Translations under genes and position numbers: made by a program | Part shown: piece after piece, positions 9,489 to 18,941 of the stretch | Numbering within the stretch: the first letter of the stretch is position 1 | How the letters are laid out: each line of letters begins with the position of its first letter | The notes under the pieces: generated by a model | What the model was told of the DNA's origin: nothing | The model's database searches: none | Seen by the model: only the letters and a program-made list of their open reading frames with translations | Assembly: GCA_020851795.1 (NCBI GenBank) | Contig: JADZCA010000029.1 | Span: 49,271 to 113,270, forward strand | Direction of reading: 5' to 3' | Length of the DNA: 64,000 bases | From: Planctomycetota bacterium | GTDB lineage: Bacteria; Planctomycetota; PLA2; JAEUHO01

Positions 9489-9983
9489 TCAGCTGGAGAA
9501 CGAGCGGGACGGCCGCAGCCGCAGTCGGAACGGCAACCCCACCGAGGCGAGCTCGAGCCCGCGCGACGTCCGACGGGCGACCGCCTCGCGCCGAGACCGG
9601 CGTCCGTCGAGCGAGGCCAGCACGCCGGACAGCACGACATCGGAACCGCGACGGGCCCAGCGGCCGAAGACGACGGCCACGCCGTCGCCGTGGTCGTCTC
9701 GCCGCCGGACGCGAACCTGGAAGCGAGCGGAGCGGAAGAGCACGAGGCACACGTCGTGGAGGCCGGGCCACGGACCGAAGAGGAGGAGGGCACGCAGCGA
9801 GCACGTCCGTCGCTCGCGCGCCAACGCGACCGGCAGCACCGGCTCGCGCCCCGTCTCGACGGCCGCCCGCCTCGCCCACCGCCGCACGGGCCCGAGGTCG
9901 AGCGCGTAGGCGCGGAACGACTCGCGGGGGAGCCCGAGCGGGTCGGCGTGCGCGGCCGCAAGCACGCGCTCCGACGCTTGCAC
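9489..9983 (-). CDS. Hypothetical protein (164 aa, GTG start)
   Basis: Minus-strand frame with balanced composition (F/L/V/W present) and GC3 near 100%, while overlapping plus frames are R/P/S-rich. 80 bp upstream of the TIR-WD40 start. No recognisable family. Confidence 0.3.
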   Translation of the reverse strand: MQASERVLAAAHADPLGLPRESFRAYALDLGPVRRWARRAAVETGREPVLPVALARERRTCSLRALLLFGPWPGLHDVCLVLFRSARFQVRVRRRDDHGDGVAVVFGRWARRGSDVVLSGVLASLDGRRSRREAVARRTSRGLELASVGLPFRLRLRPSRSFSS

Positions 9984-10079
9984 CGTCCTTCGCCTCCGTG
10001 AGCGGAAGGTCCTGTCCACGCGCGCAGCATCCCCGATCGTCCGAGCGACGTCGAGCCCTCCACGGATACACTCGGCGAC

Positions 10080-10478
10080 ATGAGCCAAGCCCCCACGCCT
10101 GCCGAGGTCGTCCAGCGCGTGTACGCCGCGTTCGGGAGCGGCGACGTGAAGGCGCTCGTGGCCCTCGCCTCCCCCACGTCCACGTGGACGCTGCATGGCC
10201 CCCGGGCGCACCCCTGGGCGGGCACGTACCGCGGGACCGAAGGCCTCGGGCAGTTCCTCGCCGCGATTGCCACCGCCGTCGAGATCTCGACCTTCGAGGT
10301 CGGGGAGACGGTCGCGGCCGGCGCCACCGTGGTTGTGTTCGGCCGGGAGGCGGGCCGGTGGCGCGCCAGCGGCAAGCCCTACGGGACGACGTGGGTCCAC
10401 CGCTTCCGCGTCGAGGGCGGGCGCGTCGCCGCCTTCGACGAGTGGCTCGACACCGCGAGCGTGCTCGCGTCGCGGTAG
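10080..10478 (+). CDS. SnoaL-like / NTF2-like (ketosteroid-isomerase-fold) protein
   Basis: 132 aa; 'VYAAFGSGDVKALVALASPTSTWTLHGP...TTWVHRFRVEGGRVAAFDEWLD' is typical of the SnoaL_2/DUF4440 fold. Confidence 0.75.
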   Translation: MSQAPTPAEVVQRVYAAFGSGDVKALVALASPTSTWTLHGPRAHPWAGTYRGTEGLGQFLAAIATAVEISTFEVGETVAAGATVVVFGREAGRWRASGKPYGTTWVHRFRVEGGRVAAFDEWLDTASVLASR

Positions 10479-10484
10479 GAGGGC

Positions 10485-10535
10485 GGTGCCAGGAACGTTG
10501 TTTCCACGCCGCGTGAAAACAATTTTCCTGGCACC
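10485..10535. terminator. Long imperfect hairpin (24-nt arms, 3-nt loop) with AT-rich arms between convergent genes; arms carry TGTTTCCACG / CGTGAAAACA
   Basis: ggtgccaggaacgttgtttccacg-ccg-cgtgaaaacaattttcctggcacc read directly, with 3 mismatches. Lies between the SnoaL gene (ends 10478) and the DUF151 gene (ends 10576). Confidence 0.5.
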
Positions 10536-10575
10536 GCGGCGCGGCCCCGCGCCCGCGCGGGCTCCGCGGTCGGCG

Positions 10576-10974
10576 TCAGGCCGTGGCGGACTCTTCGATG
10601 ACCGCCTCGGCGACGAAGATCGGCGCCTTCGCCGCCGTGGCGAGCGCGATCGCGTCGCTCGGCCGCGCGTCCACCTCGGCCGAGGTGCCGTCGCGGCGCG
10701 CGAAGTGCAGCGTGGCGTAGAAGGTCCCCTCCTTGAGGTGGGTGATCTCGACCTTCTCGATCGCCCCCCCGAGCGCCTCGACGACGGCCCCGAACAGGTC
10801 GTGCGTCATCGGGCGGGGGTACTTCTCGCCGTGCACGAAGCGCTGGATCGCCTGCGCCTCGAAGAAGCCGATCACGATCGGGAACGTCCGCTCGCCGTCC
10901 TTCTCCTTGAGGAAGATGTACTGCTGGTCGCTGGTCTCGCTGATCAGGATGCGGTGCAGGACCATCTCGACCAT
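10576..10974 (-). CDS. Bifunctional nuclease (BFN / DUF151) family protein
   Basis: 'VLHRILISETSDQQYIFLKEKDGERTFPIVIGFFEAQAIQRFVHGEKYPRPMTHDLF' matches the DUF151 pattern (V.L.E..G.R.LPIWIG..EA.AI...L.G...PRP.THDL). Confidence 0.8.
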   Translation of the reverse strand: MVEMVLHRILISETSDQQYIFLKEKDGERTFPIVIGFFEAQAIQRFVHGEKYPRPMTHDLFGAVVEALGGAIEKVEITHLKEGTFYATLHFARRDGTSAEVDARPSDAIALATAAKAPIFVAEAVIEESATA

Positions 10975-11105
10975 GGCGCGGGCTCCGGGGCGACCATCCT
11001 AACGAAGGCCGAGGCGACCCGAGTGCGCAACGCACGCCGGGTCCCCGTCCGGGCCCGCGCACCCGGCGGCTGGCCCTCAGCCGCGCCCGGTGGTTTCCTC
11101 TGGCG

Positions 11106-12104
11106 ATGCCCCGAAGCGAACCGCTCGTCCGCGTCTCCCGGGGAGGGCTCGACGAGTCCTCCCACGCCGGCACGATCGTCCTCGTCGAGGACGGCCGTCC
11201 CGTGGTCGTCCGCGGCGACCCCCACCGCGTCGTCTTCTACCGCAGCGCGAGCAAGCCGCTGCAGGCGCTCGAGCTGGTCCGCTGCGGCGCCGCCGACGCG
11301 TACGGCCTGTCCGACGCCGAGGTGGCGATCGCGGCCGGCAGCCACAGCGGCGAGCCGCGCCACCTCGACACGGTGCGGTCGCTGCTGCGCAAGGCCGGCG
11401 TCCCCGAGGACGCGCTCCGCTGCGGTGGCCACCGCAGCGTCAACGCCGACGTCGCGTTCGCCCAGCGCCGCGACGGGGTCCCGGTGACGTCGCTGCTGTC
11501 GAACTGCTCGGGCAAGCACGCGGGCATGCTCGCGGCCGCGCGCCACCGAGGCGACCCGCTCGACGGCTACCTCGAGCTCGCCCACCCCGTGCAGCAAGCC
11601 ATCGTCGGCCACGTCGCCGCGTGCGCGGGCCTCGCGCGCGAGGCGGTGCTCGCCGGCGTGGACGGCTGCGGCGCGCCCGCGCTCGCCGTGCCCCTCGTCG
11701 CGATGGCCCGCTCGATCGCGGCGTTCGCCGTGCCCGACGCGCTGCCCGCCGACCTCGCGGCCGCGGCGCGGCGCGTCGCCGCGGCGATGCGCGCGCACCC
11801 CGAGATGGTCGCGGGCGAGGAGCGCTTCGACACCGACCTCATGGTCGCGAGCGGGGGCCGCATCCTCGCCAAGGCCGGCGCCGAGGGCGTGCACGTCGTC
11901 GCGGTGCCCGACGCACGCGTCGCGCTCGCCGTGAAGGTGGACGACGGCGCCGACCGCGGCTACCGCGCGGTCGTCGTCGAGCTGCTCCGTCGCCGCGGCC
12001 TCCTCGACGACGCCGCCGCCGACGCGCTGCGCAAGAAGCACGCCCCAGCCGTCGTCACCAACATGGCGGGACGCGCCGTCGGCCGCCTCGACCTCGCGTT
12101 CTAG
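11106..12104 (+). CDS. Asparaginase II-family protein (Pfam Asparaginase_II-like)
   Basis: 'VRVSRGGLDESSHAG...VVFYRSASKPLQAL...LSNCSGKHAGMLAAA...GVDGCGAPALAVPL' conserved blocks of the L-asparaginase II (PF06089) family. 332 aa. Confidence 0.85.
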   Translation: MPRSEPLVRVSRGGLDESSHAGTIVLVEDGRPVVVRGDPHRVVFYRSASKPLQALELVRCGAADAYGLSDAEVAIAAGSHSGEPRHLDTVRSLLRKAGVPEDALRCGGHRSVNADVAFAQRRDGVPVTSLLSNCSGKHAGMLAAARHRGDPLDGYLELAHPVQQAIVGHVAACAGLAREAVLAGVDGCGAPALAVPLVAMARSIAAFAVPDALPADLAAAARRVAAAMRAHPEMVAGEERFDTDLMVASGGRILAKAGAEGVHVVAVPDARVALAVKVDDGADRGYRAVVVELLRRRGLLDDAAADALRKKHAPAVVTNMAGRAVGRLDLAF

Positions 12105-12156
12105 GCTGGCGCCCGCAGCGACCGCCGACGGGCGGCGGCCACGGGCCCCGCGCCGG

Positions 12157-13098
12157 GTGGTTCCATGGAACCGACGGGGCCCCGCCCGCGTCCCCCTTCC
12201 GACGAGGGGCCGCCGGGGCCCCCGCACGCCCATGAACACCCCCTCCGACCCCGCCCGCCCGACCTCGCACGCGCGCCCGCACGCGACGGAGCGGCGCCGC
12301 ATCGTGCACGTGTCCGACCTCCACTTCGGCAGCGAGGGCGTCGAGGAGCGCGCCGAGGCCGTGCTCGCCACGACCGCCGCGCTGCGGCCCGACGTGATCG
12401 CGGTGTCGGGCGACCTGACCAAGCGAGCCCGCCCCGAGCAGTTCCGCGCCGCGCGCCGCTTCCTCGACCGGCTCGAGGCGCACGCCCCCGTGGTGGTCGT
12501 GCCGGGCAACCACGACGTGCCGCTCCAGCCCTTCGTCCGCTTCCGCTCGCGGCTCGCGCGCTACCGCCGCTACGTGCACCCCGACCCGCAGCCGTTCTTC
12601 ACCGACGGCCACGTCGCGCTCGCGGGCCTCGACACGACGCGCGCGTTCGCCATCGACGGCGGCCGCGCCCGACGCGCGGGCCTCGCGCGGCTCGCCGAGC
12701 GCCTCGCCGACCTCCCGACGCACGCGTACCGCGTCGTCGTCGCGCACCACCCGTTCGCGCGCACGCCGGGCTTGCGGCTCGGGGCCGTCGTGCAGCGCGC
12801 CGACCGCGCGCTCGCCGCCTTCGAGGCGGTCGCGGTGGACGCCGTCCTCTGGGGCCACCGCCACGAGACCGTCGTCGCGCCGGCGGACACGCTCGCGCGC
12901 GGCGTGTCGCGGGCGTTCCTCCTCGTGCAGGCCGGCACGGCGACCACGCGGCGCGGCCGCCGCAGCGAGCGCGGCCAGAACACGTTCATGGCGCTCGACG
13001 TCGCCGCGCGCGACGTCACGGTCACGCGGCTCGCCTACGACGACGCCGCCTCCGGCTTCGCCGCCGACGCGACCTGGACCTTCGCGCGGCCGGCGTAG
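12157..13098 (+). CDS. Calcineurin-like metallophosphoesterase (start may be the ATG at 12232)
   Basis: 'RIVHVSDLHFG...AVSGDLTKRARPEQF...VVVVPGNHD...VVVAHHPF...VLWGHRHE' are MPP motifs (D-x-H, GD, GNHD, GH-x-H). Confidence 0.8.
   Translation: MVPWNRRGPARVPLPTRGRRGPRTPMNTPSDPARPTSHARPHATERRRIVHVSDLHFGSEGVEERAEAVLATTAALRPDVIAVSGDLTKRARPEQFRAARRFLDRLEAHAPVVVVPGNHDVPLQPFVRFRSRLARYRRYVHPDPQPFFTDGHVALAGLDTTRAFAIDGGRARRAGLARLAERLADLPTHAYRVVVAHHPFARTPGLRLGAVVQRADRALAAFEAVAVDAVLWGHRHETVVAPADTLARGVSRAFLLVQAGTATTRRGRRSERGQNTFMALDVAARDVTVTRLAYDDAASGFAADATWTFARPA
12159..12172. promoter_or_regulatory. Perfect 14-bp palindrome GGTTCCATGGAACC at the 5' end of the metallophosphoesterase gene
   Basis: Read directly. 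Its arms (GTTCC/GGAAC) are identical to the parS-like arms at 40858 and 40903. Confidence 0.4.
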
Positions 13099-13254
13099 GC
13101 AGCCGGACTCACGGACGACGCGGCGGGTCGAGCGCCGCACGCACGTCGGGCCCCGCCCGGCGCGCGCGCCGCGGGCGACGCCCCTCCGGGCTACCAACGA
13201 CCGAACGGGCCCCGCACGAACCGCGGCCGGGCCGCCCTCGCTATCCTGACGAGG

Positions 13255-14139
13255 ATGGCCGACGAGGCGCCCCTCCCGCCGATCCCGCCCCGCGCGCGCG
13301 ACGCCCACAAGGCGTCCGTCGGACGCGTCCTCGTCGTCGGCGGCTCGCTCGGGATGGCCGGGGCGCCGGCGCTGGCGGCGCGCGGCGCGCTCCGCGCGGG
13401 GGCAGGCCTCGTCACGGTCGCGGTGCCCCGTGCGGTGCAACCCGTCGTCGCCGGGTTCCTCGCGGAGGCGATGACCGCGCCGCTCCCGTGCGACGACTCG
13501 GGCGTGCTCGGGCCCGACGCGCTCGACGCGCTCGTCCCGCTCCTGCCGCGCGCGGACGCGGTGGTGCTCGGGCCGGGGCTCGCGCGCGCGGAGGCGACCG
13601 CGGCGTTCGTCCGCGAGGTGGTCACGACGGTGCGCGCCCCCCTCGTCGTGGACGCCGACGCGCTGCACGCGCTGCGCGGCCGCCTCGACCTGCTCGCCCG
13701 CCGCCCCGGCGCGACGGTGGTGACGCCGCACGAGGGCGAGGCGGCGGGGCTGCTCGGCGACGCGGGCGGCCTCACGCCGGCGAGCCGCGCGGAGCGCGCC
13801 GCCCGCATCGCCACGGCGGGGCGCTGCGTGTGCGTGCTCAAGGGACCCGGCACGGTCGTCACCGACGGGACCCGCACCCGCGTCAACGGCACCGGGAACG
13901 CGGTCCTCGCCACGGGCGGGACCGGTGACGTGCTGGCCGGGGTCGTGGCGGCGTTCCTCGCCGGGCTGCCCGACACCGGCGGCGACGCGTTCGGCGCGGC
14001 GGCGCTCGCGGTCCACGTCCACGGCCGCGCCGGCGACCTGCTCGCCGCGCGGCGCGGCGACCGGGGCGCGCTCGCCAGCGAGGTCGCGGACGCGCTGCCC
14101 GAGGCGGTCCGCGAGCGCGTCGAAGCGGCGCGCCCTTGA
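13255..14139 (+). CDS. nnrD: ADP-dependent NAD(P)H-hydrate dehydratase (YjeF C-terminal domain)
   Basis: 'ASVGRVLVVGGSLGMAGAPALAARGALRAGAGLVTVAVP...VLATGGTGDVLAGVVAAFLAG' matches the carbohydrate-kinase-like YjeF_C domain. Confidence 0.85.
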   Translation: MADEAPLPPIPPRARDAHKASVGRVLVVGGSLGMAGAPALAARGALRAGAGLVTVAVPRAVQPVVAGFLAEAMTAPLPCDDSGVLGPDALDALVPLLPRADAVVLGPGLARAEATAAFVREVVTTVRAPLVVDADALHALRGRLDLLARRPGATVVTPHEGEAAGLLGDAGGLTPASRAERAARIATAGRCVCVLKGPGTVVTDGTRTRVNGTGNAVLATGGTGDVLAGVVAAFLAGLPDTGGDAFGAAALAVHVHGRAGDLLAARRGDRGALASEVADALPEAVRERVEAARP

Positions 14140-17100
14140 CGTCGCGCCGCACCGCGCTCGGGATCGCGCTGGCGGCCGCGCTCGTGCCTGCGGTCGGCGT
14201 GCGGGCCGACGAGCCGGGCCCGTGCTACGCGCCCGTGCCGCCGACGGTCGCCGCCGTCGTCGGCTCGCCCGAGGAGGAGGCGCTGGCCGCACGCGCCGTC
14301 GCGGCGCTCCCCGACGCCGACGCCGAGACCCTGCGACGAGCCGAGCGCGAGCTGCTCGCCGCGGGGCCGTCGGGCGTGCGCCACGCGGTCGAGCGCCTCG
14401 CCGCCGGCGGGCTCGCGGCGCCGGCGCGGCTCGCGCTCCTCGACGTCGTCGCGGCGTCGCCGCTCGCCGACGCGGACCGCGTGCTGGCCGCGGCCGCCGA
14501 CGAGGCGACGCCCGAGGCCCGCGCGGTCGCCGCACGCGGGCTCTCCGCCGGGCGCAGCGGCCTCGCCGTCGAGGCGCTCGCCCGCCTCGCCCGCGACCCC
14601 ACGCCCGCCGTGCGGGCCGCCGCGTTGCGCGGGCTGTTCGCGATCCCGAGCCCCGCCGCCGTCGCCACGCGCACCGCGCTCCCCGCCGACCCGGTCCCCG
14701 CGGTCGAGGCGCTGCGGCTGCGGCTGCACCGCCTGCGCGGCGACGCGGGTCCCGAGGTGGCGGCGCACGCGCTGCTCGCGCTCTCGGCGTCGCCCGACGC
14801 GGCGGCGCGTCTCGAGGGCGCGCGTCTCGCCGTGGCCTGCGGCGACGACGTGCCCGAGGCGACGCGGCTCGTCGTGATGCTCGCCTTCGCCCCCGACCTC
14901 CGCACCGCCCTCGCCGCGCGCGCGGCGCTCCGCGCGCCGCTCGGCGGCTACGACGCGGAGGGCGCCGCGCTCGCCTTCGTCGAGGCGCTCGTCGCGTGGC
15001 TCGGGCGCCCGACGACGCGAGGCGCGGTCCGGGCGGCGCTCACCGACGTCGCGGCCGAGCGGCTCGCACGTCCCGTCCACGACGGGGGGCGCACGGTGGA
15101 CGGCGAGGCGCGCGAGCTGCTCGCGATGCGGCTGGGCGACGCGGGCCCCGCACTGGTCCCGCCGATCGTCGAGCGGCTGCGGACGGGGCGCTTCGAGGAC
15201 CCCGCCGACGGCGTCCGGGTGCTGCTCGCGCTCCCGCGCGACGCCGCGACGGCGGCGCTCGCGTGGCTCGCCACCTCCGACGCACCGGCCGACGTCGTGG
15301 CGCACGTCTCCGGCGGCCTGCGCGACCTCGGCCGCGTGGGCGACGAAACCACGGCGCGACGGCTGCTCGACCCGAGCCAGCCCACCGGGGTGCGGCGCGA
15401 CGTCGTGCTCGCGCTCGCGGGCGAGCCGGGCGCCTTCGCGCTGCCGTTGCTCGAGGCCGCACTGCGCGACGACGACGACGACCTCGCGGGCGCCGCCAAG
15501 GAGGCGCTGCTGTCGCGCGGGGACGCGCCGTCGCGCGCGGTGCTCGACGCCTCGCTCCTCGACGGCCGCTGGCGCCGCTTCGAGGCAGACCTGCTGCACG
15601 AGCGGGTGCGCGCGGCCGACGACGCGGCCTTCGACCTGCTCGACCGGCTCCTCGCGCGCGGGCCCGTCGTCGCGCGGGTCGCGGTGTTCGACGAGATGAA
15701 GAACCCGGCCTCGCGCCTGCGCGGGCCCCGCGCGCTCGCGATCGTGGAGCGGGCGGTCGCCGACCCCTCGCTCGGGCTCGACGCGACGAAGATCTCGTCG
15801 GCCTACACCGCCGTGGACGGGCCTCGAGGCACGGCGTACGTGCGGTCGTTCTGGGACCCTCGCAAGGACCCGCCGGTCCCGCCGATCATGCTGCGCAACC
15901 TCCGCGTCGTGCGCGCACGCGAGGCGCTCGATCTGGCGCTCGAGGTGGCGGCGGCGCTGCCCGACGGTCACCCCCTGCTCTCCGAGCTGGCGCTGGTGCT
16001 CTCCGAGGCGCCCGCGCAGGACCCGCGCCGCACCGACCCGTTCTGGCGCCGCCTGCTCACCCGCGGGACGCCGGTGCTCGTCGAGCTCGCGCTCGTCAAG
16101 CTGGCGCGGACCGAGCACGGGCCGCTCTCCGACCTGCTCGTGCCGATCCTCTCCGACCGCGGCCGCGACGCGCGGCTGCGCCAGGAGGCGCTCGTCGCGT
16201 GCACGGGCGAGCCCGGGCAGCCGCCGGCGGCGCTGCTGTGGTCGATCGCGTCGGACCGCACCGAGGACGAGGACCTGCGCGCGGCGGCCGCCGAGGCGCT
16301 GTCGGGGCGGCGCGACGCGGCGACGCGCGAGCGCGCGCTCGCCTGGCTCGCCGAGCGCGTGGACGAGGAGAGCGAGACCGTCGTGCGCGTCGCGGCGGTC
16401 GCGGCAGCGGGGGCGAGCACCGGCGAGGCCGCGGACCTGCTCCAGATGTTCGACGACGAGGTCGCCTCGCTCTACGAGACGCGGCCGTACTACCGCTCGC
16501 GCGAGGACGAGGGCCGCACCGCGCGACGCGCCCGCGCGGCCGCGCTCGCCGGCGCCGTCGTCGCGACCGGCGACGCCGCGGCGGCCGAGGCGCTCGCGTC
16601 GCGGCTCCTCGACCCGCGCTTCGCCGCCTACTCCGCGGAAGCGCGGCGTCACGGCGCCTTCGGCCGCGGGCGCGGCGGCGGGCCGCTCGCCGCGCTCTCG
16701 GACCCGCCCGAGGCCGAGATCCTCCTGCACCAGGCCGAGGCGAACCCGAACGCGACCCCGACGCCGGCCGTGCCGCGCGAGGCGTGGGCGATCGTGCGCG
16801 CGCTCGCACGCCGCGGCGGCGACGAGGCCCCGCGACGCGTGGCGCGCGCGCTCGCGGAGGCGCGCGCGTCGGGACGGCTGGCCGCGTTCTCCGACCTCTA
16901 CGTCGTCTGGCTCGCGCTGGGCGCACGCACGCCCGGCGCCGAGGAGGACGGCCGTCCGCCGGGCACGACCGAGGACGGGGTCGCATCCGCGCTGCTCTCG
17001 GCGCTGGACCGCACCTATCCCGCCGCCGGCGCGGAGGAGACGCTCGCCGCCGAGCTCGCGACCGCGCGCGCCGCGACCGCCGGCGCGTGGACGGCGGCCG

Positions 17101-17483
17101 CGGACGCGGCGGACGCGGTCGCCACGCTCGCGGCGCGCACCGGGCTCGCCGACCTCGCCGCGGCGCGCTGGCTCGATCGCGGGCGTCGCCCGCCGCCGAC
17201 GTGGCTCGCGCTGCGCGCGCGGGTGGACCTGTACCGGGCCGCCGCGGCCGCCGCCGCGGGCAAGCTCGAGGAGGCGCGCGACCTGCGCTCGCGCGCGCTC
17301 GCGCGGGCCCCCGACGACGCGGCGACGCTGCGGCTCGCCGCGTCGCTGCTCCTCGCCACGCGCACCGACCTCGCGCAGGCCGAGCGCGACGCCCGCCGCG
17401 CCGTCGAGCTCGAACGCCGCCGCGGCCGCACCGACGACGACGGCACGACGCTCGTCGCGCGCATCGAGGCCGCGCGCAGGTAG
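14136..17483 (+). CDS. Secreted HEAT/armadillo-like repeat protein (1115 aa), TTG start overlapping nnrD stop
   Basis: Signal-peptide-like N-terminus 'RRTALGIALAAALVPAVGVRA'. Ala/Leu-rich helical repeats with recurring 'AVRAAALRGL'-type HEAT units; the C-terminus is TPR-like. GC3 is consistent with coding. Confidence 0.55.
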   Translation: MTSRRTALGIALAAALVPAVGVRADEPGPCYAPVPPTVAAVVGSPEEEALAARAVAALPDADAETLRRAERELLAAGPSGVRHAVERLAAGGLAAPARLALLDVVAASPLADADRVLAAAADEATPEARAVAARGLSAGRSGLAVEALARLARDPTPAVRAAALRGLFAIPSPAAVATRTALPADPVPAVEALRLRLHRLRGDAGPEVAAHALLALSASPDAAARLEGARLAVACGDDVPEATRLVVMLAFAPDLRTALAARAALRAPLGGYDAEGAALAFVEALVAWLGRPTTRGAVRAALTDVAAERLARPVHDGGRTVDGEARELLAMRLGDAGPALVPPIVERLRTGRFEDPADGVRVLLALPRDAATAALAWLATSDAPADVVAHVSGGLRDLGRVGDETTARRLLDPSQPTGVRRDVVLALAGEPGAFALPLLEAALRDDDDDLAGAAKEALLSRGDAPSRAVLDASLLDGRWRRFEADLLHERVRAADDAAFDLLDRLLARGPVVARVAVFDEMKNPASRLRGPRALAIVERAVADPSLGLDATKISSAYTAVDGPRGTAYVRSFWDPRKDPPVPPIMLRNLRVVRAREALDLALEVAAALPDGHPLLSELALVLSEAPAQDPRRTDPFWRRLLTRGTPVLVELALVKLARTEHGPLSDLLVPILSDRGRDARLRQEALVACTGEPGQPPAALLWSIASDRTEDEDLRAAAAEALSGRRDAATRERALAWLAERVDEESETVVRVAAVAAAGASTGEAADLLQMFDDEVASLYETRPYYRSREDEGRTARRARAAALAGAVVATGDAAAAEALASRLLDPRFAAYSAEARRHGAFGRGRGGGPLAALSDPPEAEILLHQAEANPNATPTPAVPREAWAIVRALARRGGDEAPRRVARALAEARASGRLAAFSDLYVVWLALGARTPGAEEDGRPPGTTEDGVASALLSALDRTYPAAGAEETLAAELATARAATAGAWTAAADAADAVATLAARTGLADLAAARWLDRGRRPPPTWLALRARVDLYRAAAAAAAGKLEEARDLRSRALARAPDDAATLRLAASLLLATRTDLAQAERDARRAVELERRRGRTDDDGTTLVARIEAARR

Positions 17484-17585
17484 GCTCCGCGCGAGCGGGC
17501 ACGACCGGACGCCGAGGTCCCCTTGTTGTGAGCCCGACGTCCCGGTTCGGGGACGCCGGCGGCGGCCGACGGTAGAGTCGGCGCG

Positions 17586-18632
17586 GTGACGCTCGCTCTC
17601 GGCCCCGTACGGATCGCGCACCCGCTCGCGCAGGCGGCGCTGAGCGGGTACAGCGACGCGCCGATGCGGCGCGTCGCGCGCCGCCACGGGGCCGCGTACG
17701 CGCTGGCCGAGGTGCTCATCGACCGGTTCGCCGTGGAAGGACGGTCGAGGAGCTTCGTGCGCCGTCACCTCCACCTCGAAGACGACGACCACCCCGTCGG
17801 CGGGCAGCTCATGGGCTCCGACCCCGAGCAGTTCACCGTGGCCGCGCGTCGGCTCGTCGAGGCCGGCTTCGACGTGATCGACGTCAATTTCGGCTGCCCG
17901 TCACGCTCCGCCGTCGGCGGCTGCCGCGGCGGCTACCACCTCGGTCAGCCCGCGCAGGCCCTCGAGATCCTCGCGCGCGTGCGCGACGCCGTGCCGAGCG
18001 GCGTGCCGGTCACCGTCAAGATGCGCCGCGGCCTCGACGACTCCGCGGCGAGCCGCGACCGGTGCCTCGAGATCCTCGCCGGCGCGTTCGAGCGCGGCCT
18101 CGCGGCGGCGACGCTGCACGGGCGCACCGTCGCGCAGGGCTACGTCGGCCCGAGCCGGTGGGCGTTCCTGCGCGAGGCGCGGGCGGCGTTCCCGGGCCGC
18201 ACGCTGCTCGGCAGCGGGGACCTGTTCACCGCCCGCGACTGCGTGCGGATGCTCGCGGAGACGGGCGTGGACGGGCTCTCGGTCGCGCGCGGGGCGATCG
18301 GCAACCCGTGGATCTTCTCGAGCGCGGCGGCGTTGCTGCGCGGCGAGCCGCACCCGGCGCCGCCGCGCGTCCACGCGCAGCGCGCCGTGATCGCCGAGCA
18401 CCTCGCGCTCGCGCGCACCGCCCACGGCGACGACGCGTGCGCGCCGCCGCTGCGCAAGCACCTCGTCAAGTACGCGCGCCTCCATCCCGACCACGCGACC
18501 GTGCGCAGCGCGTTCGGCAAGGTGCTGCGCGTCGCCGACGTCGAGGCCGTGCTCGCGCTCCACTACGCCGACGACCGCGACGGCACCTGGGGCGACGCGG
18601 TCGAGGCGGAACCGCAGGCGGCGACCGCGTAG
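17586..18632 (+). CDS. tRNA-dihydrouridine synthase (Dus family)
   Basis: 'IAHPLAQAALSGYSDAPMRRVARRHGAAYALAEV...VIDVNFGCPSRS...VTVKMRRGLD' are Dus TIM-barrel motifs including NFGCP. Confidence 0.85.
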   Translation: MTLALGPVRIAHPLAQAALSGYSDAPMRRVARRHGAAYALAEVLIDRFAVEGRSRSFVRRHLHLEDDDHPVGGQLMGSDPEQFTVAARRLVEAGFDVIDVNFGCPSRSAVGGCRGGYHLGQPAQALEILARVRDAVPSGVPVTVKMRRGLDDSAASRDRCLEILAGAFERGLAAATLHGRTVAQGYVGPSRWAFLREARAAFPGRTLLGSGDLFTARDCVRMLAETGVDGLSVARGAIGNPWIFSSAAALLRGEPHPAPPRVHAQRAVIAEHLALARTAHGDDACAPPLRKHLVKYARLHPDHATVRSAFGKVLRVADVEAVLALHYADDRDGTWGDAVEAEPQAATA

Positions 18633-18725
18633 CCCGCGGGGCCCGAGCGCCGGCGAGGTCGGGGGCGCCGCCGTCCGTGCGTTCGGCGGGCCACGTCGTC
18701 GACGCCGGTCGCCGACCGCCGCGCG

Positions 18726-18941
18726 TCAGCCGGTCTCGTCGTCCCCGCGCGACCTCCACGCCAGCACGATCGCGACGGCGACGACGTTGGCCGCCACGGG
18801 CACCAGGTCGGCGGCCACCGCGCGCCACTCGAGCGACCGCCCCGCGAGCCCGCGTGCACCCACCGCGACGACGACCGCGACGAGCACGCCGACGATCAAC
18901 GCGAGCCCCAGCCGACGCACGAGCCGCGGCCGCGACCTCAC
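18726..18941 (-). CDS. Possible small two-TM membrane protein (71 aa), GTG start overlapping upstream stop as GTGA
   Basis: Translation 'VRSRPRLVRRLGLALIVGVLVAVVVAVGARGLAGRSLEWRAVAADLVPVAANVVAVAIVLAWRSRGDDETG' has two hydrophobic helices. The GTGA junction with gene 18938..19930 suggests coupling. Confidence 0.35.
   Translation of the reverse strand: MRSRPRLVRRLGLALIVGVLVAVVVAVGARGLAGRSLEWRAVAADLVPVAANVVAVAIVLAWRSRGDDETG

Noticed and set aside
10485-10535. Interpreting the hairpin as a bona fide parS site
   Set aside because: It has an extra C in each half-site (TGTTTCCACG vs TGTTTCAC) and a 3-nt insertion at the dyad, so it does not fit the 16-bp parS geometry. It is kept as a finding only for the shared 10-mer with oriC.
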